Below are positions 63,609-64,000 of a stretch of 64,000 nt of DNA, piece after piece. The notes below the pieces were generated by a model. That model searched no databases. It saw nothing but the letters and a program-made list of their open reading frames with translations, and was not told the origin of the DNA. The translations under genes and the position numbers were made by a program. This stretch comes from Podarcis filfolensis (lineage: Eukaryota): NCBI GenBank assembly GCA_964270895.1, contig OZ185453.1; one strand, given 5' to 3'. The first letter of the stretch is position 1. Every line of letters starts with the position of its first letter.

Positions 63609-64000
63609 TCAAAAGTACTGTTGTGGGCCACTTGGTATGAAACGTTAGACTGGCCTGAGCTAGATCCTTGCCCACCACTGTAGAGTCTCATGCTGAGGCC
63701 AGCTGGAAACAGGGTGGAGCCCAGGATGTGGAGAAAGACTCCTTCCCAGCCAACCCTGGCAACATGAGGCACAGTTATACATCTCTCTCTTCTTAAAGAG
63801 CATTCAGAATGGATTGAGTTTTGAGAGTAAAAGATGGTGTTCATGAGGTGGCCCCTGCTCAGCCCAGCGACGCTCATGTGGCTAGTCCCAGTTGTCCTGT
63901 CCCTTGTAGCTTCATCCCCACACAAGGGAGGCCATTACCTGTTGCATAACTCCTTGTCACAAAGCTTGCAGAGGGTTAAGGACCCTTTATTGAACAAGTA

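Overview
Vertebrate (squamate, probably lacertid lizard) genomic DNA syntenic to the mammalian Xq28 IRAK1-TMEM187-HCFC1-RENBP block. The taxon is inferred from a Sauria SINE, CR1/L2/L1 LINEs and TA-flanked Tigger-like MITEs. Left to right: the last coding exon and 3'UTR of IRAK1 (+); TMEM187 (-, single coding exon); a ~3 kb CpG-island bidirectional promoter packed with YY1 motifs; a complete 26-exon HCFC1 (+, 2202 aa by my exon join, all GT-AG and in frame); a complete 5-exon RAB7A-like GTPase gene (-, 202 aa) that has no counterpart at this position in human; and a complete 10-coding-exon RENBP (+, 405 aa). The most striking observation is the extra Rab7 paralogue. It keeps RAB7A intron positions and the CSC tail, but carries Thr at the catalytic Gln (Q67), Ala at the S72 phosphosite and Arg at the K38 ubiquitin site. 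Other highlights: an orientation-polarised YY1 array whose motifs double as micro-uORF starts, an expanded HCF-1PRO repeat region (8 canonical repeats), a conserved exon-8 exitron, and apparent loss of the ancestral TMEM187 start codon. All calls were made by eye and from recalled homologue sequences; no database searches were run.
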